In this document: in pieces, positions 1 to 10,057 of the stretch
How positions within the stretch are numbered: position 1 is the stretch's first letter
Layout of the letters: each line of letters starts with the position of its first letter
Source: Nitrospirota bacterium
GTDB taxonomy: Bacteria; Nitrospirota; UBA9217
Length of the DNA: 64,000 bases
Direction of reading: 5' to 3'
Assembly (NCBI GenBank): GCA_963796285.1
Contig: CAWCKW010000012.1
Coordinates: 992,001-1,056,000, forward strand
Translations under genes and position numbers: made by a program
Notes under the pieces: model-generated
What the model was told of the DNA's origin: nothing
Databases searched by the model: none
What the model saw: only the letters and a program-made list of their open reading frames with translations

Positions 1-1
1 C

Positions 2-181
2 GACACGGCTTACAGCCTGACGATATCCAATTCCTCTTCAAGTGCGTACACCCTGAAGATCATGACCGTGGTCGCGTTCATCTTTGTCCCCATCGTTATC
101 GCTTACAAGATCTGGGTCTACCGCATCTTCCGCTCGACGGTGACGGATGATGTAGTGGCAGAGAACGAGCAGATGTATTGA
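2..181 (+). CDS. cydB: Cytochrome bd oxidase subunit II, C-terminal end (partial)
   Basis: Manual translation DTAYSLTISNSSSSAYTLKIMTVVAFIFVPIVIAYKIWVYRIFR...Y* matches the CydB C-terminal pattern. Confidence 0.85.
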   Translation, partial: DTAYSLTISNSSSSAYTLKIMTVVAFIFVPIVIAYKIWVYRIFRSTVTDDVVAENEQMY

Positions 182-328
182 TCGCGTATCATCGACAAGG
201 CTTACTTTCATGAGGGAAATTCGCTGGAGTATTTTTACATCAATGGTGCGGGAGAACAGCCCCTGATCTTGACGTTCAAGCGGACCAGTTGATCAGCCCG
301 CTGAGATACGAGCGGGATGTCAACGCTG

Positions 329-874
329 TTACAACCAGTATTCAGGATATTTTCTGTTCTTTGAAAGGTTGTTCACGATCAAGGCGACAATCAGCAGGAT
401 GACCGCCCCTGCACCAGCAGGAACGAAGGCGTACAGATACCCGAGATTATGTATTTTGGCGCCGCCGATGACCGCGATCAACGCAGTCGCGCCGCCGGGC
501 GGATGGAGCGTCTTGGTTGCAAGCATGGATACGATGGCAAGTGATACGGCCATGGCAGTCGCCAACCACAGAGTCCCTCCCAAGAGCTGCCAGCACGCCA
601 CTCCTACCAGACCGGAGATGACGTGACCGCCGATCAGGTTCCTCGGCTGCGCCAGAGGGCTTTTGATCGCACTGTACACGAGCACTGCTGAGGCACCGAA
701 CGAGCCGATGAGGAGCGTCAAATCCCTGGGTTCGAAGAATTTCGCGGACAGAAAAGCGCAGAGCCCGATACCGATCATTGCTCCGAACCACGACCAGAAG
801 AGTTCCGGACCCCCTACTCCCGGCGGGCTCTTGGCCCCACCCTTCATTTTTGACAGATATTCCAATATGGTCAT
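329..874 (-). CDS. HPP family membrane protein
   Basis: Motifs SFGASAVL, SPLAQPRN and LHPPGGATAL; hydrophobic helices. Confidence 0.93.
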   Translation of the reverse strand: MTILEYLSKMKGGAKSPPGVGGPELFWSWFGAMIGIGLCAFLSAKFFEPRDLTLLIGSFGASAVLVYSAIKSPLAQPRNLIGGHVISGLVGVACWQLLGGTLWLATAMAVSLAIVSMLATKTLHPPGGATALIAVIGGAKIHNLGYLYAFVPAGAGAVILLIVALIVNNLSKNRKYPEYWL

Positions 875-884
875 AGGATCTCAT

Positions 885-909
885 AAAAAAACGCAGGTTG
901 AAGCCTGCG
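885..909 (-). terminator. Intrinsic terminator-like hairpin between the CBS and HPP genes
   Basis: Minus strand CGCAGGCT-TC-AACCTGCG followed by T7. Confidence 0.5.
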
Positions 910-947
910 CCTGCCGCGATGTACCATTACGCCTCGCAAAGACCACC

Positions 948-1535
948 TCACGTCTTTTTACTGATTATCTTCACAATATCAGCACGGGAAACGATCCCGA
1001 TGAGCTTCCCGTCCGTATCGACCACGGGAAGCCGCTTGATCCTTTTTTCGTCGAGGATGTTCGCTACGTCCGCGATATCGTCATCGGCCATGCTGGTGAT
1101 CGGCGGAAAGCTCATGACATCCTCCACCTTGTTCCCACCCGTCCGGGCAGACACCGGTTCGCCGAGGATATGGCGCACAATATCTTTGAAGACGTGTTCC
1201 TTTTTCATGCCCGCGAGCATCAGGAGGTCCGCTTCGCTGATAACACCGATAACGCGGTTGTTGCCGTCGATGACCGGCATGCCGCTGATCCTGTTCTCAG
1301 ACAGGATCCGCGCCGCTTCATGGAGGTCGGCATCCTTTTTTACGAAAACGACGTTCTTCGTCATTAGGTCTTTCACCGGTACCCGTGAGTCGAGCCTAGC
1401 CTGCGCATGATGGAGCGCGAGCTCGTAGATCTTTTTGAGGTCCTCCTCGGTAATATCCACATAGGTCTTCATCTTCCTGAGTGCATCCCTCAGGTCTTCC
1501 AGGACAACAGTAGGACACGTCTCTTTGTTTGTCAT
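948..1535 (-). CDS. CBS-domain protein (HPP-associated)
   Basis: Two CBS repeats (ISGMPVID...GVISEADL; IKRLPVVD...GIVSRADI) and an N-terminal YVDITEEDL segment typical of HPP-linked CBS proteins. Confidence 0.9.
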   Translation of the reverse strand: MTNKETCPTVVLEDLRDALRKMKTYVDITEEDLKKIYELALHHAQARLDSRVPVKDLMTKNVVFVKKDADLHEAARILSENRISGMPVIDGNNRVIGVISEADLLMLAGMKKEHVFKDIVRHILGEPVSARTGGNKVEDVMSFPPITSMADDDIADVANILDEKRIKRLPVVDTDGKLIGIVSRADIVKIISKKT

Positions 1536-1570
1536 AATCCTCCCCGCAAGAGTTCTGTAGACTTGATGGT

Positions 1571-1612
1571 ATTGTAGAATAGGGCCTCGGGAAATGGTAT
1601 GATGCAGGTCAT
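1571..1612 (-). promoter_or_regulatory. CRP/FNR-like box with -10 element (class II geometry)
   Basis: Minus strand ATGAC-CTGC-ATCAT (1599-1612), a 22-nt gap, then TACAAT (1571-1576). Confidence 0.45.
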
Positions 1613-1615
1613 ATG

Positions 1616-2512
1616 CTATTTCTCCTTACTCTCTGTCCTGACAACAAGCCAGTAGACAAAACCAATGACCAGGATGGCCGCAATGAGGTAATAGATCAGC
1701 TCAGGTTTCTCGTGTTTGAGCGTGGCGATCATGGTCTCCCGGATCATGGTCACCAGCGCGACACCCACGAAAACGCTGATATGGAATTTTCCGCCCTTCA
1801 GATGCGAAATTTCCGTGTTCATGAGCTCGATCATGAGCCAGAGCAGCAGCATGGAACCGAGTGCCGAGACAATGCCCTGTTCCACGTTGCCGGACAGAAG
1901 GTGCATCACGTCCTGCACGAAAAGCCAGACAACGCCTACTGTCAAACCGATAAGGGCAAGGACAAGCAGGAGATTCGTGGCCTGTGAGAACCGCTCGGAA
2001 AAGTTGATAAGCACGCTCTTCACTTTATAGACCGGCGAATAGATGCGCATTTCCTCCTCAATATATGCGGTGGTAATAACGTCCAGGCTTATATCGAGTA
2101 TCTTGCCGATCGTGATGATCTTATTGGTTGCTTCAGTCTTGTCCTCCTCGGTCTTCTGGATTATGTCGATGCAGGAATTCTTGACGAGGTTCACCGCCCG
2201 GTTCATATAATGGGCGTCTACCTTGTACTTGACATGCGTTGCTCCGATGCGCATGAGTTTCTCGTAAAACCGGGTATCGTAGGTTCCGGAAAAGAGTTCG
2301 AGAAACCACACCTTCTGGGCGCTGAAGACGTGCTTCTTCCGGGACTCATCGTCAAAGAACTGTGCCGCGCCCCTGGTCCCCATGATCCAGAGTCCAAGCG
2401 TGTTCATGACCTCCTCGCCGCGCTCTTCCATAAGGTGGCGCAACGCAGCAAGCCGTATTTCGTCATCCCGGGTGAATCGGTAATTATCCTTGATCTCTTT
2501 GAATGAGCGCAC
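1616..2512 (-). CDS. Protoglobin/globin-sensor domain fused to PsiE-like 4-TM domain
   Basis: N-terminal globin-sensor signature WFLELFSGTYD..FYEKLMRIGATH (proximal His); C-terminal hydrophobic PsiE-like region (LWLMIEL..., VALVTMIRE). Confidence 0.8.
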   Translation of the reverse strand: MRSFKEIKDNYRFTRDDEIRLAALRHLMEERGEEVMNTLGLWIMGTRGAAQFFDDESRKKHVFSAQKVWFLELFSGTYDTRFYEKLMRIGATHVKYKVDAHYMNRAVNLVKNSCIDIIQKTEEDKTEATNKIITIGKILDISLDVITTAYIEEEMRIYSPVYKVKSVLINFSERFSQATNLLLVLALIGLTVGVVWLFVQDVMHLLSGNVEQGIVSALGSMLLLWLMIELMNTEISHLKGGKFHISVFVGVALVTMIRETMIATLKHEKPELIYYLIAAILVIGFVYWLVVRTESKEK

Positions 2513-2645
2513 TATTACACATCCTCCCGGCTTTTCGAATGGTCATTTCATGGCGTACTATCGCTACAATCGTTTATTGACGCTCCTTTTATCAGCAACG
2601 GCGTATTACGATCACACCGCGTTGCAATGGCCGTTATCATGGTCT

Positions 2646-2837
2646 TCAATCGCTCCAACTAATGGCCTGCACCGGGCAGTCTTCAATTGCCTTCTCACAA
2701 TTGCACGTATCGCACTTATCGGGTCCGATCACCTGCGACTTTTCATTTACCAGTTCAAATACTTTCGGACAGACCTCTGCGCAGTTGCCGCATCCGATAC
2801 AGGTTTCCTCATCCACTACCGGCGCTTTTGCCATCAA
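2646..2837 (-). CDS. Ferredoxin, single [4Fe-4S]/[3Fe-4S] cluster type
   Basis: CIGCGNCAEVCP...CPVQAI, about 62 aa. Confidence 0.93.
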   Translation of the reverse strand: MMAKAPVVDEETCIGCGNCAEVCPKVFELVNEKSQVIGPDKCDTCNCEKAIEDCPVQAISWSD

Positions 2838-2847
2838 AGTTCCTTCT

Positions 2848-3099
2848 TCATATCAATTCAAAGTTCTTGATGAACTGCGCGACCTGAACTCCGAGATAAA
2901 CGCATTTGATGCCTTCCATACACTCGTCAGCATCCTTTTTTTCAAGATGCGTCGTTAGTTCTTTGGCGCCTTTCTTGAATTTTACTACATAGGCGTTCTT
3001 CACCTTGTTAAATTCAAGACCGGCATCAATGCCGTATTTCCGGATCTCAGGATACATATCGATTATCTTGTTCTTTAAAGCATCGTTTGTGTAGCTCAT
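2848..3099 (-). CDS. Small hypothetical protein
   Basis: ATG at 3099 with AAGGAG RBS; 83 aa ending 10 nt before the ferredoxin start. Confidence 0.7.
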   Translation of the reverse strand: MSYTNDALKNKIIDMYPEIRKYGIDAGLEFNKVKNAYVVKFKKGAKELTTHLEKKDADECMEGIKCVYLGVQVAQFIKNFELI

Positions 3100-3166
3100 G
3101 GCATCTCCTTTCCCGGCAGGAACATCTTCCCCGCCTATCGACAACCTGTTTCCCCTTTGAAAGAAA

Positions 3167-5629
3167 CTACCCGCTCTTTACCGCTGATAGGTAAATATTA
3201 AAGGTCGTCCCCTCTCCGGGCTGTGAATCCACCGTAATCAGCCCGTCATGTCTTTTGATAACGGAATAGCAGACTGCGAGACCGAGCCCCAACCCTTTCT
3301 GGCTATAGGTGTCCTTCGTGGAATAATAGGGGTCGAATATCTTCGACATATTTTCAGCGGGAATTCCGGCGCCGGTGTCCTGGACCGATATCTTCAAGTA
3401 GTCTCCCTCCCGCATCGGAATATTGTCTTGCGCGGTAATATGCAGATTCTCACCGCGAACGGTCAATGTTCCCCCCTGGGGCATTGCCTCTTTCGCATTG
3501 ATGATGAGATTAATGATGACCTGCTTCATCTGCCCTTCATCAATAGCAACACGATAAAGATCATCCGGCATAGTTAACACCGTTTTAATGGTCGAATCTT
3601 TCATTAGAAGGGCAACCGTGCTCTTGATCAATTCCGACAGGGATGCTGATTTTTTCAACGGTTCTCCGCCGGTGGCGAAGGTGATCAGGCGCGTGCTGAG
3701 CTCACCCGCGATGCCGCAGACATTTTCCGCGTCATCGAGTCTGCTGTACGCTTTACCATCAGGCTGCACGGACAGTTTTGCGACTGCGATATTTCCGACG
3801 ATCACATTTAGAAGGTTGTTAAAATCATGGGCGATTCCACCCGCTAGGATGCCGATAGACTCGAGCATGTGCCCCCTGAGGCGCTCCTCCTCCGCCTTTT
3901 TTCTGTCCGTAAGGTCCACCATGATCGACGCATAGTTTTTGACATTCTCCGTTCTGTCTTTTATTGCTACCGCGGTCATTTCCACCGGGATCCTTCTGCC
4001 GTCCTTGGTAAGACGGACCGATTCATATCCTGAAAAGTATCCATCGGTATTCAATAACGTCAGGCAGTGGGTTAATTCCGGTTGCGCGATCTCTTCCGGG
4101 ATCACGGATGTTATCGGTTTCCCGATGATCTCGTCAGCCGTATACCCGAGAAGTTTCTCCGCGCTGCTGTTCCAGGCCACGAGGTTGCCCTGGAGATCGA
4201 TGGCGCAGACAGCAGCGGGAAGGTTCTGGATTATGGCCGCAAGGAACCGTATTTCATCTTCCGCTTTTTTCCGTTCCGTAATGTCCTCGTAAATGCCCAT
4301 TGCTGCCGTGATTGCGCCTTCAGCATTACGCAATGGCGCCGTTGAAAGAGCAATATCGATCCTTACCCCATCTCTTCTCATACGCTGCGTCTCTATTGAT
4401 TTGAACGCGCTCCCCTCGAAATTCATCTTAAGGAACTTCCGGTACTCTTCCTGCCGGTCATCGGGAATTGTCGGGAGGGGCTTGTTAAGGACTTCCATCG
4501 CTGTCCAGCCAAAAACCTGCTCTGCCGACAGATTCCACAGTAGACACGTTCCCTTAGAGTCAATGATCGTGATCGGCAAAGGCGATGCATTGATCAGTGC
4601 ATGGAGTCTGTCGTTAATGCTCCTCAACTCTTCCTCTATCCGTTTGCGTTTCTTGATTTCATTACTTGCTTGCCGGTACAGGATGATGCTTATGAGCCCG
4701 ATAATGACACTCCCCATCAAGATTATCAGGCCGACATTCTTGAATTTCATACCGGAGGCTTGTTGGGAAAACAGGTCTTCATCATGCAGATAGATGATCT
4801 GCCAGCCCGGGTAAATTTCTGATCAAAGCGCGATGGAACATATACCGCTTACCGGTGAGATCAACAGCGTGTTGCTCATCCAATCTGTTCCATCCCGATC
4901 CACGGCAGCGGACCTATCCCGAACTGCTGTGAAGCCTCGATCTTGGACAGCGACTTCCGGAGGTGTTTTCCAGAGAACGTGATAAATCCATTCCGGAAGG
5001 GTTGATGCGAAAATAACTCCCTGCGGGTCCGCCAGCACCATTTCTCCATCAAATTTTGCAAAGATCTCTTTTTCTATGGCATCAATAGATTCTTTGATCA
5101 CCACGACGCCCGCGGGGACCGTTCGTCCCGTTACATATACCGGATAGCTGTAAAATACTCCTCGTTTTCCGGTAAACACGCCGAGAGCAGGATAAATACT
5201 CGGTGCTCCTCCCATGGCCAGCTTGAAATAGGGACGAAAAGCAAAGTTCTTCCCAATATAGCTCTCCGAAGTATTGCGATTTGATGAGGCAATAGTTGTT
5301 CCCGAACGATCAACCAAATAACAGATGTCAACTTCAAGGGCATGTTGAAAGTTGTCAAGGACCGCATTCGCCTCCTGAAGCGCATCAGGTCTGCCTGACT
5401 CAAGCGCTTTTTGCAGTTCTTTTATGCCTGCCAGCATGGCAGCGTGCTTTTGATCGCCGGACAGATAAAGGTCCAGCCGGTTCGTGATCTCATCTATTCT
5501 CGCATCGTTTTCTTTAGACAGCTCCAGGACAGCACTTTTCTTCATGGAATAGTAGTAGAGGTATCCGCCAAATGATGTCGTCAGGAAAGCAAGCAGTGCA
5601 AAGATGATGATAATAACGCGTATTTTCAT
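3167..5629 (-). CDS. Cache/PAS/PAS sensor histidine kinase (split by indels near 4750-4950)
   Basis: N-terminal TM plus DctB-like Cache (GKNFAFRPYF), two PAS domains, H-box AGGIAHDFNNLL and HATPase boxes; reading continues across the frame changes. Confidence 0.85.
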
Positions 5630-5737
5630 TTGGCCTCAAATTCTGGTTATAAATTATCCTGTTATAAGGTGCCAATTGACCGTGGCATATGAAAATATAG
5701 CATATATTTTGGTTAAATGCAGGGGCACGGAAGTTTA

Positions 5738-6856
5738 TTAACCGAGCCTTTTTTTAAACCGGAGCGAACTGAATATGAGGACGACCGCACCAAGAATGAA
5801 CAGCGAAAACATCTGCGGCCAGAGGATGCCGAAGCCGTTCCCTTTCAGGAAGATCCCGCGGATAATGACGAGGAAATACCTGAGGGGGTTGGCATACGTA
5901 AGGTATTGGAAGATGACCGGCATGTTCTCAATGGGAAACATGAACCCCGATAGGAGGATCGCGGGCATGTAGAAGAGGAACGAGGCCATGAGGGCCTGTT
6001 GCTGCGTTTTTGCGACAGTAGAGACGAACAGGCCGATACCGAGCACTGACAGCAGATAGATGGCGGTGGACAACGGAAGGAGCCATAAGGGGCCATTGAT
6101 CGGGATCCTGAACATGAGCACTCCCAAGACAGTTATGAGGATCATATCAAAAAAGGCGATGATGGCAAAGGGGATGGTTTTCCCGAGGATCAGTTCCACA
6201 GGCTTGAGCGGTGTGACCATGAGCTGCTCCATGGTCCCCATTTCCCGCTCTCGCACCACGGCCATGGAGGTCAGTAAAAGCGACGTCAGCATGATCACCA
6301 TGGCGATGACGCCGGGGACATTGTAATTCTTGCTTTTCAGTTCCGGATTGTACCACGCTCGCTGCCGCACGTCGACCCGGGCCGATGCACTCACGTCAGT
6401 TTCAGCCAGGTCCTGAGAGTATTTTTTGATGATCCTGCCCGCATAGTCCATTGCAACCGTCGTCGTGTTGGAATCCGTACCGTCGGCGATCACCTGGATC
6501 GATGCGGGGATCCCTTTTTTCAGGTCAGCGGAAAATCCACGGTTGATCTGGAGCGCCACGGACACCGTTGCCCGGTCCAGCAATTCCCGGACTGCACCGG
6601 GTGTTGCCGGTGTGGCCATGATGGTGAAGTATCCCGAGGACGCGAACCGTCCGACAAGTTCCCTGCTCTCAAGGGAATGGTCCAGGTCCATGACTGCGGT
6701 CGGGATATTGTTCACATCGGTCGTGACGGCAAAGCCGAAGACCAGGGTCTGGAGCACCGGCACAACGAACACGATGGCCTTCATCCGGTTATCCCTGAGG
6801 ATCTGGATGAACTCCTTGATCACCATCTGTTTTATGCGTTCCAGGCTCTTTTGCAT
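5738..6856 (-). CDS. ABC-2 exporter permease (YbhR-like)
   Basis: KEFIQILRD, WYNPEL, REREMGTMEQL, LSGFMFPIENMP. Confidence 0.92.
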   Translation of the reverse strand: MQKSLERIKQMVIKEFIQILRDNRMKAIVFVVPVLQTLVFGFAVTTDVNNIPTAVMDLDHSLESRELVGRFASSGYFTIMATPATPGAVRELLDRATVSVALQINRGFSADLKKGIPASIQVIADGTDSNTTTVAMDYAGRIIKKYSQDLAETDVSASARVDVRQRAWYNPELKSKNYNVPGVIAMVIMLTSLLLTSMAVVREREMGTMEQLMVTPLKPVELILGKTIPFAIIAFFDMILITVLGVLMFRIPINGPLWLLPLSTAIYLLSVLGIGLFVSTVAKTQQQALMASFLFYMPAILLSGFMFPIENMPVIFQYLTYANPLRYFLVIIRGIFLKGNGFGILWPQMFSLFILGAVVLIFSSLRFKKRLG

Positions 6857-6892
6857 AATTTAGCTTAACACTCGTACGGTATGCTCTACACG

Positions 6893-6913
6893 TTGAATTT
6901 TGAATCTTGAACT
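6893..6913. repeat. Degenerate heptamer tandem
   Basis: TTGAATT TTGAATC TTGAACT. Confidence 0.5.
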
Positions 6914-6918
6914 ATTCT

Positions 6919-8028
6919 TTACACCATCTTCTTCTTGAATGTTCTGTTCGCGATAATAAAGACGATCACGGCGAAGAACAGGAGGAATATCGCGTCGATC
7001 ACGAGGATCCTGACCGGGTTTCCTTTAAGAAAGATGCCCTTTAACACAGTCACGAAGTAGCGCGCCGGGATCAGCCGTGAGAACCACTGAAGCGGCAGCG
7101 GCATGTTCGAGATCGCGAACATGAATCCCGACAGAAGAAACGCCGGAAGAAACGTAGCCACCATTGCGACCTGGCTTGCGACAAGCTGGGACTTCGCCAC
7201 GATGGAAATGACGATGCCGAGCCCGAGGGCGCCAAAAAGAAAAACACTTGAGACAACAGCAAGTATGAAAACATTGCCTTTCAGGGGCACTTCGAAGAGA
7301 AAGACGGCCATCAATACGGAAATGACCATATCAATGAACCCGATGAGGAAATAAGGGATCAGCTTTCCGAGGACCACCTCCGGTGGCTTCGCCGGGGTCG
7401 CGATCAGCTGTTCCATGGTCCCCCGCTCCCATTCCCGCGCAAAGGTAAGGGAGGTAAGCAGCGCGGCGATCACCATCATGATGACTGCTATCAGGCCGGG
7501 GATGATGAAGTTTCTCGATTTGAGTTCCGGGTTGTACCAGACGCGGACCCTGGCATCGATGAGAGGGGTGGACCGCCCGCCGGTCACACGCTGAGCGTAG
7601 ATGTCCATGAGTGCTGAAAGATACCCCAGCGCGATTGTCGCCGTATTGGAATCACTCCCATCCACCAGCACCTGGAGCTGCGCACTCCCGCCTGAGGCGA
7701 TCGTTTTAGCGAAATCGACCGGTATCGAGACCGCGACCCGCGCCTTTCCTGCATCCAGGTAGGTATCTATCTCGCGCTGGTTTTCAGCGGCACGGACGAT
7801 AGAGAAATAGCCCGACGCCGTCAGTTCGGCCGTTAGCTCCCTGCTGATGCTGCTCCGGTCGGCATCGTAGACGATCGTGGTGAGCCTGTTCACGTCAAGG
7901 GTAATGGCATACCCGAAGATGAACAAGAGCAGGACCGGCATGAGGAATGCCATGGCCAGGCTCAGCGGGTCGCGCCATATCTGAAGGATCTCTTTTTTTA
8001 TGATGGCTTTGATGCGAATGAATTTCAT
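6919..8028 (-). CDS. ABC-2 exporter permease (YbhS-like)
   Basis: REWERGTMEQL and WYNPELKS motifs. Confidence 0.92.
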   Translation of the reverse strand: MKFIRIKAIIKKEILQIWRDPLSLAMAFLMPVLLLFIFGYAITLDVNRLTTIVYDADRSSISRELTAELTASGYFSIVRAAENQREIDTYLDAGKARVAVSIPVDFAKTIASGGSAQLQVLVDGSDSNTATIALGYLSALMDIYAQRVTGGRSTPLIDARVRVWYNPELKSRNFIIPGLIAVIMMVIAALLTSLTFAREWERGTMEQLIATPAKPPEVVLGKLIPYFLIGFIDMVISVLMAVFLFEVPLKGNVFILAVVSSVFLFGALGLGIVISIVAKSQLVASQVAMVATFLPAFLLSGFMFAISNMPLPLQWFSRLIPARYFVTVLKGIFLKGNPVRILVIDAIFLLFFAVIVFIIANRTFKKKMV

Positions 8029-8045
8029 ATGTTAACCAAAGGCGT

Positions 8046-8116
8046 CAGGAGCCAGAAGCCCAGAGTCAGAATTTCATGACTTGCCGTTCGGTTTTCTCCT
8101 GACTCCTGTCTCCTGC
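8046..8116. repeat. Inverted heptamer-repeat element
   Basis: Left arm CAGGAGC CAGAAGC .. CAGAATT; right arm CTCCTGA CTCCTGT CTCCTGC. Confidence 0.7.
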
Positions 8117-8125
8117 CTACCGCCT

Positions 8126-9052
8126 TCACGCTTTCTCAATCAACGTCACGAACACGTCTTCCAGCGACGGCACGATCTTATCAACTCTTCGCACCATGAT
8201 ATTCGACTCGCCCAGTATTTTATAGATCGCCGGGACCGCAGCTTTTGCGTCCGCCACCGTTGCATGCAGCAAACTACCAAAGACCGCAGTCTCGATACCC
8301 TGTCTTTCGAGGATTTCCATTGCCTCGACGAGAAGATCCACCTCAATTTCAAGGACGTCACGGGTCATGTAGTTCTTGCGCAGCTCGTTCGGCGCCCCCT
8401 CGGCGATGATCTTTCCACGGAAAATCAGCGCCAGGCGATCGCAGTAATCGGCCTCGTCCATATAGTGTGTTGTTACAAAAACCGTGGTCCCAGCCCTGGC
8501 CATCTCGTATATCATGTTCCAGAAATTCCGGCGGGAGATCGGGTCCACACCCGAGGTGGGTTCATCCAGGAAGAGGATCGGAGGCTCATGCAGGATCGCG
8601 CATCCGAGGGCAAGGCGCTGCTTATATCCTCCCGGCAAGGTCTTGGTGAGCGCGCCTCGTTTGTCGCTGAGTCCGGCCATTTCCAGCGCCCATTCCTTAC
8701 GTGTTCCTTTTTTCGTTTCCGGGACCGTGTAAATGCCGCTGAAGAAATTAATGTTCTCTTCAACGGTAAGATCGTCATACAGCGAAAATTTCTGAGACAT
8801 GTAGCCGATGTTCTGTTTGATCTCTTCGGACTGGGTAATGATATCGTATCCGCCCACGGTCCCGGACCCGCCCGTGGGCATGAGGAGCCCGCAGAGCATC
8901 TTGATGGTCGTGGACTTGCCCGCGCCGTTCGGTCCCAGGAACCCGAAGATCTCACCCCGCGCGACCTCGAGACTGATATGATCAACGGCGGTAAAATCTC
9001 CGAAGGTGCGCGTGAGATTCCGGACAATGACGGCAATGGTGTTATTTGCCAT
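8126..9052 (-). CDS. ABC transporter ATP-binding protein
   Basis: Walker A GPNGAGKS, FLDEPTSGVD, TTHYMDEA. Confidence 0.95.
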   Translation of the reverse strand: MANNTIAVIVRNLTRTFGDFTAVDHISLEVARGEIFGFLGPNGAGKSTTIKMLCGLLMPTGGSGTVGGYDIITQSEEIKQNIGYMSQKFSLYDDLTVEENINFFSGIYTVPETKKGTRKEWALEMAGLSDKRGALTKTLPGGYKQRLALGCAILHEPPILFLDEPTSGVDPISRRNFWNMIYEMARAGTTVFVTTHYMDEADYCDRLALIFRGKIIAEGAPNELRKNYMTRDVLEIEVDLLVEAMEILERQGIETAVFGSLLHATVADAKAAVPAIYKILGESNIMVRRVDKIVPSLEDVFVTLIEKA

Positions 9053-9079
9053 GTCCCCTGCTCCTTGTCCCGCGACCCG
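9052..9079. repeat. Degenerate heptamer tandem
   Basis: TGTCCCC TGCTCCT TGTCCCG CGACCCG. Confidence 0.55.
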
Positions 9080-9082
9080 GCA

Positions 9083-10003
9083 TTACTTCTCCACCATCGA
9101 TATAAATACGTCCTCCAGCGAAGGAAGAATGTCCCGGAAGTCCTTTACGTCAATGCCGGCATGCCTGAGCTGGGCAACGACTTCCGCGGGGTTCATTTTT
9201 TTCTCAAGGGTGATATGCAGCCTGTCGCCATAGAGGCTGACGCCGTGGACACCGCCCATGCGCCGCACGAGTACCAATGCCGAACGAGCGTTGTCGGACC
9301 ATACTTCGATCATGGGTTGACCAAGAGAGTTCCTGACGTTCTTCGGCTCGTCCTCTATCAAGATTTTTCCATTATGCATCAGACCGATCCGCGAACATCT
9401 CTCAGCCTCATCGAGATACGCTGTGGAAACGAGGATCGTAACGCCTTCTTTCAAGAGGTCATACAGGATCTTCCAGAAGTCCCTGCGAGACACCGGGTCC
9501 ACCCCGTTCGTAGGCTCGTCGAGAAAAAGTACTTCAGGCGTGTGAATGAGCGCGCATGCGAGACCGAGCTTCTGTTTCATCCCGCCCGATAGTTTTCCTG
9601 CAAGACGCTCCTTGAAGGGAGTAAGGTTGCTGAAGCCAAGAAGACGTTCGATTCGCGGTGGACGTTCTTTTTTCGGCACATCGTACAGATCGGCATAAAA
9701 GATGATGTTCTCCATTACGGTAAGATCTTCATAGAGACCGAATCGCTGTGACATGTACCCGATCTTCTCTTTGATAAGCTCACCTTCGCTCAGGATGGAA
9801 TGCCCCGCTACCCATGCGTCGCCCGATGTCGGGTCCATGATCGCGGTCAAAAGGCGCATGATCGTGCTCTTGCCCGCTCCGTCCGGGCCCACGAGACCAT
9901 AGAGCTCGCCTTTTCGTATATCGAGATTGAGATCGTTGACGGCAATGGTATTGTTGAAGGATTTGGTGAGGCCGGATGTTTTGATTGCCGCCGTTGAATT
10001 CAT
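9083..10003 (-). CDS. ABC transporter ATP-binding protein
   Basis: GPDGAGKS, LSGGMKQK, LDEPTNGVD. Confidence 0.95.
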   Translation of the reverse strand: MNSTAAIKTSGLTKSFNNTIAVNDLNLDIRKGELYGLVGPDGAGKSTIMRLLTAIMDPTSGDAWVAGHSILSEGELIKEKIGYMSQRFGLYEDLTVMENIIFYADLYDVPKKERPPRIERLLGFSNLTPFKERLAGKLSGGMKQKLGLACALIHTPEVLFLDEPTNGVDPVSRRDFWKILYDLLKEGVTILVSTAYLDEAERCSRIGLMHNGKILIEDEPKNVRNSLGQPMIEVWSDNARSALVLVRRMGGVHGVSLYGDRLHITLEKKMNPAEVVAQLRHAGIDVKDFRDILPSLEDVFISMVEK

Positions 10004-10057
10004 AATATCGTCACACTCAGTACTCTTTATGCTCAACCCTGGATCCTGATCGCTCTG

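Noticed and set aside
8081-9592. 503-aa plus-strand ORF
   Set aside because: Antisense shadow of two ABC ATPase genes with no recognisable motifs
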